Shown here in pieces: positions 46,437-55,772 of a DNA stretch of 64,000 nucleotides; position 1 is the stretch's first letter, and the number at the start of each line of letters is the position of its first letter. The DNA is from a virus (taxonomy: Duplodnaviria; Heunggongvirae; Uroviricota; Caudoviricetes): positions 75,710-139,709 of the IMG/VR virus record IMGVR_UViG_3300037455_000372; one strand, given 5' to 3'. The position numbers were made by a program, and so were the translations under genes. The notes under the pieces are model-generated. The model was not told the origin of the DNA. It searched no databases and saw only the letters and a program-made list of their open reading frames with translations.

Positions 46437-47180
46437 CTATTTGCTCGCCTTGGATTTCTCCGCCGCGTTCTTTTTCTTGTTCAGCTTCAGCTGCGCCGCT
46501 CGGAGAGCCGGGTCGCTTACGACGGTCGCCGCATCGACACCATCCTCGTTGACCTCGATATCGGGGTCAATCTTGTTCAAGGTATCGACAGCCTTGTCCA
46601 TATCCGACGGATTCAAGTCAAGACTGATGTTGCCACTAATCTCGGCCTTCTCGCGTTCGGCCTCCTTCTGAACAACGCCAGCGTACTCGTCGATGTTGAG
46701 GCATTCGTGATAAATGTTCTCGTTGAGCGACGTGAACTTGATATACTTTGACTTGATCGACATCGCCTTCTGCACTTGCATAAATGCACGGGACACAATC
46801 TGGCCAAGGTAGTAGTAAGGGTCATTGTTCTTGGACTTCTCGGCCATTTTAACCGGGTCGAACGACTTGCAGTATTTGAGAGCACAGAACTGGGCGCGAG
46901 CGAACATCTCTTCCTTCCAGTCGTCCGTGTACTTGCGCCAAGACTTCATACCTTGCGTCTTCAAGATAACGATACGGATGGCAGTAGCGAGTTCATTGCT
47001 TACTGGATAACCATTACCATAAAGCTGCACGTTACGCTTGTGCTCAAGCAACAATTTAGTCAAGTATTCCGAGTCAATCTTGTCATACTTCATCGAGGCT
47101 TCGGTCTGGTTGCCATTCTTATCGAAGACAGCCGGAGCAGCCGGACGAGTCTTGGGTCCGTTAATGTTGTGATTCTTCAT
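46437..47180 (-). CDS. gp55: Late-transcription sigma factor, T4 gp55-like
   Basis: YTDDWKEEMFARA and FDP...DPYYYLGQIVSRAF parallel gp55 YTQSWKQEMIADG and FDE..NPHAYITQACFNAF. Confidence 0.8.
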   Translation of the reverse strand: MKNHNINGPKTRPAAPAVFDKNGNQTEASMKYDKIDSEYLTKLLLEHKRNVQLYGNGYPVSNELATAIRIVILKTQGMKSWRKYTDDWKEEMFARAQFCALKYCKSFDPVKMAEKSKNNDPYYYLGQIVSRAFMQVQKAMSIKSKYIKFTSLNENIYHECLNIDEYAGVVQKEAEREKAEISGNISLDLNPSDMDKAVDTLNKIDPDIEVNEDGVDAATVVSDPALRAAQLKLNKKKNAAEKSKASK

Positions 47181-47223
47181 AGAGAAAAACCTTCTATCTC
47201 TTTTGACCTAAATTAGGTCATTT

Positions 47224-48243
47224 TTAGAACGAATGGACATCTACAGAATAATAGGCTTGATAGTTGGTCGGGAAGTGGCCAGTCTCTACCTTCACCGTGA
47301 AGGATATACCATCCGTGAGGTTTTCCGTAACCACCACGCCAGCCTCGAACGAGTCACACGGACGAGTCGTATCCATCACGAAATTCCAAGAAGAGCCACC
47401 GCCGGTTACCTCGTATTTGATCAAGTCCGTACCATCTTCGTAATTCGGATTGTCGATATTTATAGTCAGCTTGGCAACAAACCCACCGATCGTATCAATC
47501 GACGGTGTGACCAAACCGTTCTTGTCCATCGAGAAATTTTTTCCAGTAATAGACGGAATAATCGCTTTTGGCTTAATCACCATATCGGAATCAAGCATCA
47601 ACTGGTCACTGCGTGCCTTGAGATATCCAGACGGAGGGACGATGGCATCGGCATTAACTTCAAGACCGTTATCACCAATCTTAATAGTTCTGCCATCGAC
47701 TTTGATAGTGAGACCGTCCGCATTAACAGCGAACACCTTGTCATCATAACGGAGCTGGATAACACCGTTCGGAGAAACGGTCATAACACCGCCGCCGAGG
47801 CCGTGACAATGAGGACAGTCAACTACGCCGGTACCTCCACACGTTTCACACGGAAGGTGGTACAAGCCATCGGTGTCCTTGTAACGAGTATCGGCGTGAC
47901 ACTTAGTACAAACGCCATTTGGTGCAGCCGGGTCACACGGATCAGTCGGCGTTTCGTCGTTGTCGTCGTCATTAGTCGGCTCGACACCGGTACCACCGCA
48001 ATGGTCACATACATTACCCAATCCAGTTCCGCCACACGTCGGGCAATCGACCTTTCCAGTTCCTTGACAATAGTCGCAAGACACTTCATAGTCGCCTACC
48101 GGGAACGGCACACGAACTGTCTTTCGCTTTCCAGTGTCCTGAAGCTCAGTCACAGGAAGCCAAAGGCGTGTTTTGTCATCTTCTGTTCCTTCCTTGCGAG
48201 GAAGGGAATAAATCTTGGTTAGAGTAATAACTTGTTCAGCCAT
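47224..48243 (-). CDS. DnaJ-type Zn-finger (CxxCxGxG) protein fused to fibre-shaft-like repeats
   Basis: Five CxxCxGxG motifs plus one CxxC, followed by NADGLTIKVDGRTIKIGDNGLEV repeats. Confidence 0.7.
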   Translation of the reverse strand: MAEQVITLTKIYSLPRKEGTEDDKTRLWLPVTELQDTGKRKTVRVPFPVGDYEVSCDYCQGTGKVDCPTCGGTGLGNVCDHCGGTGVEPTNDDDNDETPTDPCDPAAPNGVCTKCHADTRYKDTDGLYHLPCETCGGTGVVDCPHCHGLGGGVMTVSPNGVIQLRYDDKVFAVNADGLTIKVDGRTIKIGDNGLEVNADAIVPPSGYLKARSDQLMLDSDMVIKPKAIIPSITGKNFSMDKNGLVTPSIDTIGGFVAKLTINIDNPNYEDGTDLIKYEVTGGGSSWNFVMDTTRPCDSFEAGVVVTENLTDGISFTVKVETGHFPTNYQAYYSVDVHSF

Positions 48244-48245
48244 TG

Positions 48246-50993
48246 TTAACTCCTGTCGGTCTTCAAACCGTCCCCATCATCAGTTCCGATGATATCTTGT
48301 TTTAATTCACCCTCGTCTTCATACTCGTCGGTTCCCAACGCTTCTATGAGTTCGCTATATACACATTCAGTCTTGTACTTGTTATACTCGTCACAGAACT
48401 GCTGTTTAGACATAACCGACTTGTAATAGTTAAAGCCCCAGACGTGACGCATACCGGCGATATAGCCTTCCATCTCCGGAGTTCCAGCCGCAAGAGCCGT
48501 TCGTTCGGCATCTTCCATATCGGCGCAATTCAAACGCTGGTCTAGCGTTCCAGTCACCGGGTACAAACGGTGAGCGAGAATATTAGTAGTACACTTGATT
48601 TGCCACAGCGAATAAAGTTTTTCGTCGCTGTCCAACTCGGTCGAATACAGAGTCATTTCGTCAAGCGTCAACGGATCAAGCACGGTATACGGCAGCTGCC
48701 AAGTATCATCGGTCAGTGCAAACGAATTGATAAAAGTTCGATTACCACTTATCGGAGTCTCAATATCCTCGCATCGGTCAGAACTACCTTCTCCGTCACA
48801 ATCTGGCGAAATGATGTCAATATCACCAGTAGCAAGCACGCCGCCACGGTCTGTAAACCAAGAATGCTCATTCACGTCAACCATATGCTCGGTTGCGGCA
48901 CCCTTTACGTGCAAGTGATAGACATAGTAGTCCATACCGGTCATATTCGTTCCAGAACCGATATAGGCATACAGATGCCAGCCATCTTCTTCGTGACGCC
49001 AGAACTTGATGGTAAAGCCGTTCGTGTCGTTGCTGTTCTTGTAATCATCCGTCATACGGATGTTGTAGAACTTAGGAATGTCACACCAATGGACACAATC
49101 CGGAGCCTTGATACAGTCGATAGCGCAGCAAGGCATATCTTGAAGATTTTCGACAATACCCATACCAGCCTTGTATTCGAAATCGGGTTCCTTACGGACA
49201 CAGTCTTCCTTGACCGGGTCGCCCGGCGTACGGCCACGATAGCCAACCAGTTCAGCAGCTTCACCAACAGTTACCGAGTATTCAGTAATGCTCACTTGAT
49301 GGTCGGCATTGTTCGGCACGATGGACGCACCAGTGCAAAGCAGTTTCACTTCTCTCTGAAGATGGTTCAGATAACAAGAAGCGTTCAAATAGTAATAGTC
49401 AATGTGGTAGGTCTCGCCGCACTTACAGAAGTCGATGTCGTTCTGCACTATGATGGAGCGCGATACGTCGATTGTGGTGCCGTCGTTCGCGTCCGGCGGA
49501 CCCATAAATACCCAGTCGCCACAAGTCACGTACCACAAGCCGTTCTGTCCGTCCTTCTGGTTCGAAAGAAGGATAACGTCACCCGGTTTCAAGCGATACG
49601 AGCACGCCGTACGGCTACCACACTTGTACGGAACGTCGTCAGCGCAAACATAATCTACCTTGTCAGAAACACGCGCACCAAGATCGATTACATAGGTATC
49701 GTCAACAATGGCCGGTTGCGGTTTCTTATAACAATCTTTCGGACAAGTTTCCAAAGCCGGTTCTTCGTCGGTCGGGTCGTCATAACCTTGCCATTCACCC
49801 TTGGACACAACCCACAAACCGTTTTCGTCCGGGTTAATCTGGTGTGTAAGCCACACCACGTCGCCTTCAAGGAGCTGCACTCCGTCGATATAGCTTTCGC
49901 CATACTTGTGAGCAAGGCTGTAGTTAAGCTTCAAGCGAACCTGTACATACTTATACTTGGTGCAATCGCCTTCGATACGCACATACATCGTCTTGCCTAG
50001 CTTACCGGCAGCCGGATTCGAAACGGTCGCGCCGGACTCGTCCGTCATATCGTAGACGAGCGACATATCGCTAGGAACGAAGCAAATACCGACACCGGTG
50101 TATCGCGCCGGGGTGTTCTGCTGTTCGGCGTAGTTTTCCTCGTCGTACTTGTAACGAATCAACCCTAAGTTATTCCTATCCAAATTGGCTTGGTCAAATC
50201 CGATGTGGATTTCATAGGTGCCACAAGCATCCATACCGTCGCCATCGACATTCAGCATCTTAGGCGTCAGAAGGAACGAAGCCATAGTGCCATCGTCATT
50301 GAAGGTAATATCCTTCGACAAGATGGTGTACACGGTCTCGCCTTGGATGATGTACACGTTCATACCCTTTACGAAATTCTTTCCGTGCAGAACGATTTCC
50401 GCGCTCGTATTGATTCGTGTAGCCAAGTTCTCGATATAGGTAATCTGCGGCAACAGTTCGTCGGTGGCCTTCACCGCGTCCGAAACTGTAATGTTGATGA
50501 CACCGGTCTCGGCAACATCGTTTCCGTTTTCAGTCCCGACAACATAAAACGACAGCGGAATCTGGCGAATCACGTCGCCATTGGACTGGATCGGAGGGAC
50601 ATCGAGAACGACATTCTGGATATTGCCATTTCCGTAAAGGCCGAGCATTTCGATGTCAATACCTTGGTGTACCGTGAATATGTACACCTTGTCAGCCTTC
50701 TTGGTAAAGGTCAACCATTCGGGAGATGTCGTGTCTTGGTCGTAGAAGTCGCCACGGACTTCAACAAGGTCTGCATAGTAGTTCTGCAGACCGATGCCAT
50801 TCAAGTCCATCTGGACGATGATGGCTGGCTCTTCACAGTATACTTCAAACGAATTTACTACACAGCTGCGCCGTGCAAACCCAGTAACCGAAAAGCTCGT
50901 CAGAAGGAAATCCTTCGACGGCGTTACGATAATCGGTGTAGACTCTTCGGCGAACGGTATCGCATAATTGCTCAAAGTAAGTGAAAGTGCCAT
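48246..50993 (-). CDS. Cys-rich virion structural/decoration protein with an IPT/TIG-like domain
   Basis: PQITYI...IVLHGKNF (Ig-like); two GD.V.L..Q...NGLW.V..G.W repeats common in phage structural proteins. Confidence 0.65.
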   Translation of the reverse strand: MALSLTLSNYAIPFAEESTPIIVTPSKDFLLTSFSVTGFARRSCVVNSFEVYCEEPAIIVQMDLNGIGLQNYYADLVEVRGDFYDQDTTSPEWLTFTKKADKVYIFTVHQGIDIEMLGLYGNGNIQNVVLDVPPIQSNGDVIRQIPLSFYVVGTENGNDVAETGVINITVSDAVKATDELLPQITYIENLATRINTSAEIVLHGKNFVKGMNVYIIQGETVYTILSKDITFNDDGTMASFLLTPKMLNVDGDGMDACGTYEIHIGFDQANLDRNNLGLIRYKYDEENYAEQQNTPARYTGVGICFVPSDMSLVYDMTDESGATVSNPAAGKLGKTMYVRIEGDCTKYKYVQVRLKLNYSLAHKYGESYIDGVQLLEGDVVWLTHQINPDENGLWVVSKGEWQGYDDPTDEEPALETCPKDCYKKPQPAIVDDTYVIDLGARVSDKVDYVCADDVPYKCGSRTACSYRLKPGDVILLSNQKDGQNGLWYVTCGDWVFMGPPDANDGTTIDVSRSIIVQNDIDFCKCGETYHIDYYYLNASCYLNHLQREVKLLCTGASIVPNNADHQVSITEYSVTVGEAAELVGYRGRTPGDPVKEDCVRKEPDFEYKAGMGIVENLQDMPCCAIDCIKAPDCVHWCDIPKFYNIRMTDDYKNSNDTNGFTIKFWRHEEDGWHLYAYIGSGTNMTGMDYYVYHLHVKGAATEHMVDVNEHSWFTDRGGVLATGDIDIISPDCDGEGSSDRCEDIETPISGNRTFINSFALTDDTWQLPYTVLDPLTLDEMTLYSTELDSDEKLYSLWQIKCTTNILAHRLYPVTGTLDQRLNCADMEDAERTALAAGTPEMEGYIAGMRHVWGFNYYKSVMSKQQFCDEYNKYKTECVYSELIEALGTDEYEDEGELKQDIIGTDDGDGLKTDRS

Positions 50994-50997
50994 TGTC

Positions 50998-51552
50998 TTA
51001 TCCCAAGCGTTGAACGGTGTCTCTGTAAGTCTTCAGATACGGTACCAGAGATGTCGTCAGCTTAGAATCCTTGAACTTCGGTGCCAAGTTTTGACGTTCC
51101 TTCGGTAGCCATACTTCAGGATTCTGCATAGCATTGATGACAGTCGTCAATAGATCAACAAACTCCGGCAATGATTCCGCCTTATGCACAGAATCTTCGT
51201 GCTTCTTTGCGACATCCTCTTGGATTGTCTCAACCATCGCTTCCATCTTTTCCAGATTCGACTCGGCATCGGCTTTCGTCGGACCGGACTTGATTTTCTG
51301 GTTCAACGCTTGGTATTCGCGCACGTTCTTGTTGTACGCCTCCATAAATTCGCGAGAACCGTCATTCGGCTGCGCCACTTGCATCTGAGGATAGTAACCG
51401 TTGGGTACTTGCTGTACCGGCTGCTGGTAGAACGGCTGTTGCTGCGGCGGAGCCATATTCGGATATGGCTGCTGGTAAACCGGCTGCTGTTGTACGGGCT
51501 GCTGGACTGGCTGCTGACCTCTCGGTGCAAATGTAAAATCTGTTGATTGCAT
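50998..51552 (-). CDS. Late protein with a Gln/Pro-rich N-terminus and coiled coil
   Basis: QQPVQQPVQQQPVYQQP; late motif at 51569-51576. Confidence 0.7.
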   Translation of the reverse strand: MQSTDFTFAPRGQQPVQQPVQQQPVYQQPYPNMAPPQQQPFYQQPVQQVPNGYYPQMQVAQPNDGSREFMEAYNKNVREYQALNQKIKSGPTKADAESNLEKMEAMVETIQEDVAKKHEDSVHKAESLPEFVDLLTTVINAMQNPEVWLPKERQNLAPKFKDSKLTTSLVPYLKTYRDTVQRLG

Positions 51553-51608
51553 AAATCCTCTTTTCCGTAGTTTATAACGGGGCAGGGTTTCTCCCCCTAA
51601 ATTAGTTC

Positions 51609-51637
51609 AAAAAGGGGTGTCTACGCGAGACACCCCT
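51609..51637 (-). terminator. Intrinsic terminator after the scaffold gene
   Basis: AGGGGTGTCT-CGCGT-AGACACCCCT-TTTT. Confidence 0.75.
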
Positions 51638-51658
51638 AAAGTTCTAAATGTGGAGATT

Positions 51659-52510
51659 TTAAGCGAATTTTCCAGTTCCGATACCGGCAAAGTCCTTCAA
51701 CTGGGCCATAGCCTCGGCCACGTCGCTATCGTCGGAACAACCGCTCTCCAAAGATTCGAGATTTACATTACCGGTCGGCAAGGTGCTTCTCTGCGGCTGG
51801 AGACCCTTGCCAAGACTCTCGAAACGGCTTTCGACCTTATTCGGAGAAGACGGCTTGGTTTCCATATCCAGTTCGTGGTTGATTTCCTTCAGAGCGTTGG
51901 CGACATTGTTCATATTCAAGTCGCCGTCACAATCCGGGTCGATATCGAGCATAAACACGTCGTTGCTATCTCCGGAAATGAACTTCGCGATGGCTTCCTT
52001 GGTGATGTCTCGCACATCGACCGTCGGCTTCATAAATTGGTTAAGAACCTTCTGAACCTCGTCCGGCTTCATACCGTTCACTTGGCTAAGGATGAAATTC
52101 TTCTTTTCCAATTCGTTCTCGCGCTGCTTGCTCTTGTTGAGAGCCTGATAGGCTTCCTTCAAACGCTGTTCATCGGCCTTACGCTCACGCTTTGCGTCGG
52201 CCAGTTCCTCGCTAAACGAAATACCGGCACTCTCCAAGCAAGAAGACACGGCCTTCAAGACCTTGTACATCTTGTCGTTGATGGCGTTGGACTTGTACTT
52301 CTCGACACTTTCAGCAACGGCTTCGCCGATCATCTTGTCGGCACGCTGCATAACGCACTCAAGCATCTTTTCGACTTGCTTGCGCTGTTTCGAACTGTCG
52401 GACTCGATCGCAGAAGCGAGTTCAGAACGGTATGCCGATTCAATCTTCCCCACGATTTCTGGGGAAATCTGCGACATTTCGGCTTCTGTCAAAATCTTCG
52501 AGAGTTCCAT
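51659..52510 (-). CDS. gp22: Prohead core scaffolding protein, T4 gp22-like
   Basis: Coiled-coil; ILTEAEM..SPEIVGKIESAY; directly downstream of the protease. Confidence 0.75.
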   Translation of the reverse strand: MELSKILTEAEMSQISPEIVGKIESAYRSELASAIESDSSKQRKQVEKMLECVMQRADKMIGEAVAESVEKYKSNAINDKMYKVLKAVSSCLESAGISFSEELADAKRERKADEQRLKEAYQALNKSKQRENELEKKNFILSQVNGMKPDEVQKVLNQFMKPTVDVRDITKEAIAKFISGDSNDVFMLDIDPDCDGDLNMNNVANALKEINHELDMETKPSSPNKVESRFESLGKGLQPQRSTLPTGNVNLESLESGCSDDSDVAEAMAQLKDFAGIGTGKFA

Positions 52511-52513
52511 CTT

Positions 52514-53284
52514 TTAAACTCCTTGACGCAATGCTGAAATTAGTGCATTCTTGTTATAGACACCATAGCACTCTTCTAGGTTTCCATAACCGCGAGCGAT
52601 AGCGCGGCCATAACGACCCATCACGCTCTCGATAGACTCGACCAGCGGTCGAGGTGCGACCTTGGAAACAGACTCGGTAAGCGGCTTGGCCTTGGCTGAA
52701 ACGCTTTCGGTGCGGCTGTTGAAAATGGCATCTTGACCGAAGGACGGGTTACCGACAACGTCGATGGTAATCATCGTATAGTCGTCGCCGATCTCTTCGT
52801 GGTCGCCAGCCGGTACAGTAGAACCAGCTCCACGGAGAGAGAATCCCGGATGATAACCGCCACGGATCAAGCCAGCGAGCGTCTTACCGGCAGGGGTTTC
52901 CTCCAGCACGACCATTCGCACCATAAGCTTGTCGCCTTCCATATGAAGGTCTTCGATAAGAGCGCAGACCTTCTCCAAATTCATTTCGAAAATCGGATAA
53001 TCCTTCGCGTCACCATTGACATCGAGGCGCGGGTGATTGAGTTCGGCGGCAAGACGGCCACGAGACACCATCTCGGCCATAAGACGCTTCATTTCACGCT
53101 CAATGATTCGACGAGGATATGAACGGTTATTGATACCTGGAATGTCACAGACGATACCAATACCCTCGATTACAAGACGCTTTACGCCGACACCGAACTC
53201 GTCGGTACGGTCGAGCAACTGTGCCTTCACGCCTTCAAGAAAAATATCACCGACTAAATGCTGCATAGCTGTACCCCTCACCAT
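52514..53284 (-). CDS. gp21: Prohead protease, T4 gp21-like
   Basis: NNRSYP, AELNHP (His), FSLRGAG (Ser), TIDVVGNPS (Asp). Confidence 0.93.
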   Translation of the reverse strand: MVRGTAMQHLVGDIFLEGVKAQLLDRTDEFGVGVKRLVIEGIGIVCDIPGINNRSYPRRIIEREMKRLMAEMVSRGRLAAELNHPRLDVNGDAKDYPIFEMNLEKVCALIEDLHMEGDKLMVRMVVLEETPAGKTLAGLIRGGYHPGFSLRGAGSTVPAGDHEEIGDDYTMITIDVVGNPSFGQDAIFNSRTESVSAKAKPLTESVSKVAPRPLVESIESVMGRYGRAIARGYGNLEECYGVYNKNALISALRQGV

Positions 53285-53443
53285 TTACTTTTTCGGTCCG
53301 ATAGACTCCATAATGGCGACCGACGCACCGTCGATACCTTTTTTCATTGCCGACTCGACATACGACGAAATGATTCTCTTTACGGAATCAGTGTCATTAT
53401 TCAAAATACCCGACAATAAAGCTTTTCCATCCTTTTCTATCAT
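53285..53443 (-). CDS. Small prohead core protein (gp67/gp68-like position)
   Basis: Start re-assigned to MIEKDG, downstream of the late motif at 53469-53476; YVES and IMES sites. Confidence 0.6.
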   Translation of the reverse strand: MIEKDGKALLSGILNNDTDSVKRIISSYVESAMKKGIDGASVAIMESIGPKK

Positions 53444-53501
53444 CGTCAAAACCCGCTTGGTTATATGCAGTTTATATGCTGTTGATAAGTTCCAAAAACA
53501 C

Positions 53502-53528
53502 AAAAGGCTGGCAAATGCCAGCCTTTTT
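53502..53528. terminator. Bidirectional intrinsic terminator
   Basis: AAAAGGCTGGC-AAAT-GCCAGCCTTTTT. Confidence 0.8.
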
Positions 53529-53544
53529 AGATATGTATAACCAT

Positions 53545-54045
53545 TTAATCTTCTTGCTTAGGGATTCTCCACCAAGTTATCGGATATTCGAACACAGTTT
53601 CGCCGTTGCACAGCATACATCGGCGAGAAAAGTAGTTACTCTCGAACATTTTTACCAATCCAGAGAGTTCGGGCTTGTCGGCGAATATCGTCGCATACAC
53701 CGCCGAAATTCCTGGATCTTGCCTAGCTCGTTCCACGGCCATTTCGAGGAATTTCTTGCCAACCCCCTCGCCGCGCAACTCGGACTTCAGCGTGCCGATT
53801 TTCAAGCGAAAGCTAGGTGCGAAAGGCTTCTCCATCCGGCTATAATCCTCGAACTTACCCTCAATCTTCGTATAGAGCATAGCCTTCAAATTGCCTTCGG
53901 CGTCATAGACAACGTCGCAGCTCGTGTGTTCCTCAGCCTTGTTCCGGAACCAAGTGCTGAAATTGCGGTACATCGACTTCAAACTGTCAAAAAACGGGTC
54001 GTCCAGATTCAACTGGTCAAACGTAGTAGAAATTATATCGGCCAT
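53545..54045 (-). CDS. GNAT-family acetyltransferase (LDDPFFDSLK subtype)
   Basis: NLDDPFFDSLK..F..WF..K, LKIGTLK..RGEGVGKKFLE. Confidence 0.75.
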   Translation of the reverse strand: MADIISTTFDQLNLDDPFFDSLKSMYRNFSTWFRNKAEEHTSCDVVYDAEGNLKAMLYTKIEGKFEDYSRMEKPFAPSFRLKIGTLKSELRGEGVGKKFLEMAVERARQDPGISAVYATIFADKPELSGLVKMFESNYFSRRCMLCNGETVFEYPITWWRIPKQED

Positions 54046-54053
54046 AATGCCTT

Positions 54054-54082
54054 ATTTTAGCAATAAAATGTTTGAATTCCAA
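54054..54082 (-). promoter_or_regulatory. sigma70-like promoter TTGGAA-N17-TAAAAT with extended -10
   Basis: Exact spacing; between the capsid terminator and the GNAT start. Confidence 0.6.
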
Positions 54083-54084
54083 AC

Positions 54085-54115
54085 AAAAAACGGTGGCGAA
54101 TCGCTTCGCCACCGT
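54085..54115 (-). terminator. Intrinsic terminator after the major capsid gene
   Basis: ACGGTGGCGAA-GCGA-TTCGCCACCGT-TTTTTT. Confidence 0.85.
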
Positions 54116-54147
54116 CACCTAACCAAGGAGCAAAGTTAGGTCAACAA

Positions 54148-55650
54148 TTACCAGTTGTTGTTCTCGAAGGAGAGACCACCGGCCACGTTGACAAGGTTGT
54201 CCTTAGCACCCGGAACAGTCTCGTAAGAGAGACCCGGCTGCAGAGAAGCACCGCCAACAGAACCGTTGCTTTCCCACGGGTTGTTCTCAAGGTCAATGCC
54301 AGTGATAACGCTAGACACATTCTTGAAGTGGATCAAGCGGTAGAACTGACCAGCACCGAGAAGGTTAGCCACAATGGCATAACGAGACTTCACGATGAGA
54401 CGCGGAGAACCATCTTCCTGACCAGCGGTCTTACAGAAGATATACGGGATGTAAGGCATCATGATGATACCAGATTCACCCTGACGCGGTCCCTTATAAC
54501 CAATCAAGGCATAAGAGGCGTTGGCATAGATGTCCTGATAGAGCTTGATGTTGCCATTCAAGAGGCTACCAGCATCAGCCACACCACCAGCCGGCTGCAC
54601 AGCGGCATCAGTCTGGAGGTAGGTCGGAGTGTAGATACCGTTGTTCAAGGTAGCGACAGCAGCAGCGATGTCCGGAGACACGATTGCAAAGTTACCGCAA
54701 CCCATACGAGTGGTGAGAGCAATCTTACGAGAGACAGCAATCATCGTGTTAACGATACCACCGGCGATACGTTCAGCAGCCCAGCGACCCATACCAGCGT
54801 TGAGGCGGTTCGGATCAGCGAGGTCCATATCAATCGGCTTTTCACCACCGAGAGACGGAGTCTGAGCAACAATCACCATAGCCATGAGGATTTCACGGTC
54901 GATATTCTGTTGAATTTCGAACTGGAGACCTTCGAGGAGGAGAGCTTCAACGTCCTGACCGTGAGCGGCGGCCATATCTTGCTGAAGTTCGATGGTGTAG
55001 TGAGACTTGATGGCACGAGTACCAACCTTGATGGCACCAGAAATCACCTTGATAGATGCTTTCTTGATGTTGAAGGAGTATGCACCATACTGGTCGTCAC
55101 CGGCGACATAGGAGCCACCGAAGTTGTTGTAGAGGAGACCCGGTTCACGCGGATCGAAGGTAGAACCAGTAGCAGATGCGCCAGTAGTAGCGGTGCCTTC
55201 CATATAGTTAGAAAGCATTTCGCCAGCACCAGTGCTCCACGGGTTAAACGTACCAGCGAAGCCAGTGTGGTCGGCAACGAGGTCGTAACCGATTTCTTGC
55301 TTCTGGCCGTTACGGAAAGCAGTGGTCTTCGTCGGTTCGTTATCATAGAGATAACGGAGAGCGAAGTAGATACCCATCGGAGTCGTGGTCGGAATCACAG
55401 CTACGGTCTTCATAGCGAGGAGTTCCGGGAACTGACGACGGATCATCGGAAGAGCGTACTGCTGATACTGAGCAACGTCAGCGGAGACGTTGGCAGCTTC
55501 AATCAATGCGCCACGGTTCAACTTATTCTGGTTTTCCAGAAGGGTAGCAATCACGCTGGCTTCTGCACGGGTGTGCATAGCAGGGCCGAGGTTGGACTCA
55601 AGCACAGACTGCCACTTACGAGTGAGGTTCTTCTTTTGAAGTGTCTGCAT
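54148..55650 (-). CDS. gp23: Major capsid protein, T4 gp23-like
   Basis: KWQSVLE, ATLLENQ, LPMIRRQFP, IFALR-like IYFALRY, YTIELQQDMAAAHG, EIQQNIDREIL, YIPY, KSRYA. Confidence 0.95.
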   Translation of the reverse strand: MQTLQKKNLTRKWQSVLESNLGPAMHTRAEASVIATLLENQNKLNRGALIEAANVSADVAQYQQYALPMIRRQFPELLAMKTVAVIPTTTPMGIYFALRYLYDNEPTKTTAFRNGQKQEIGYDLVADHTGFAGTFNPWSTGAGEMLSNYMEGTATTGASATGSTFDPREPGLLYNNFGGSYVAGDDQYGAYSFNIKKASIKVISGAIKVGTRAIKSHYTIELQQDMAAAHGQDVEALLLEGLQFEIQQNIDREILMAMVIVAQTPSLGGEKPIDMDLADPNRLNAGMGRWAAERIAGGIVNTMIAVSRKIALTTRMGCGNFAIVSPDIAAAVATLNNGIYTPTYLQTDAAVQPAGGVADAGSLLNGNIKLYQDIYANASYALIGYKGPRQGESGIIMMPYIPYIFCKTAGQEDGSPRLIVKSRYAIVANLLGAGQFYRLIHFKNVSSVITGIDLENNPWESNGSVGGASLQPGLSYETVPGAKDNLVNVAGGLSFENNNW

Positions 55651-55739
55651 AGTGTTACCTACTTAGGTTGTGCCTTTTGGGTAGCACCACGCTTCCCGAA
55701 GGCTTCTTGACATAATGTTTAGCAGACCTAAAAAACACC

Positions 55740-55758
55740 TTCAAAAAAGGTGCCAAAA
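55740..55758 (-). promoter_or_regulatory. sigma54-like box TTTTGGCACCTTTTTTGA overlapped by palindrome CACCTT-N5-AAGGTG
   Basis: GG-N10-GA (one mismatch at -12); no late motif in this intergenic region. Confidence 0.35.
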
Positions 55759-55772
55759 CCTACATTGAAACG

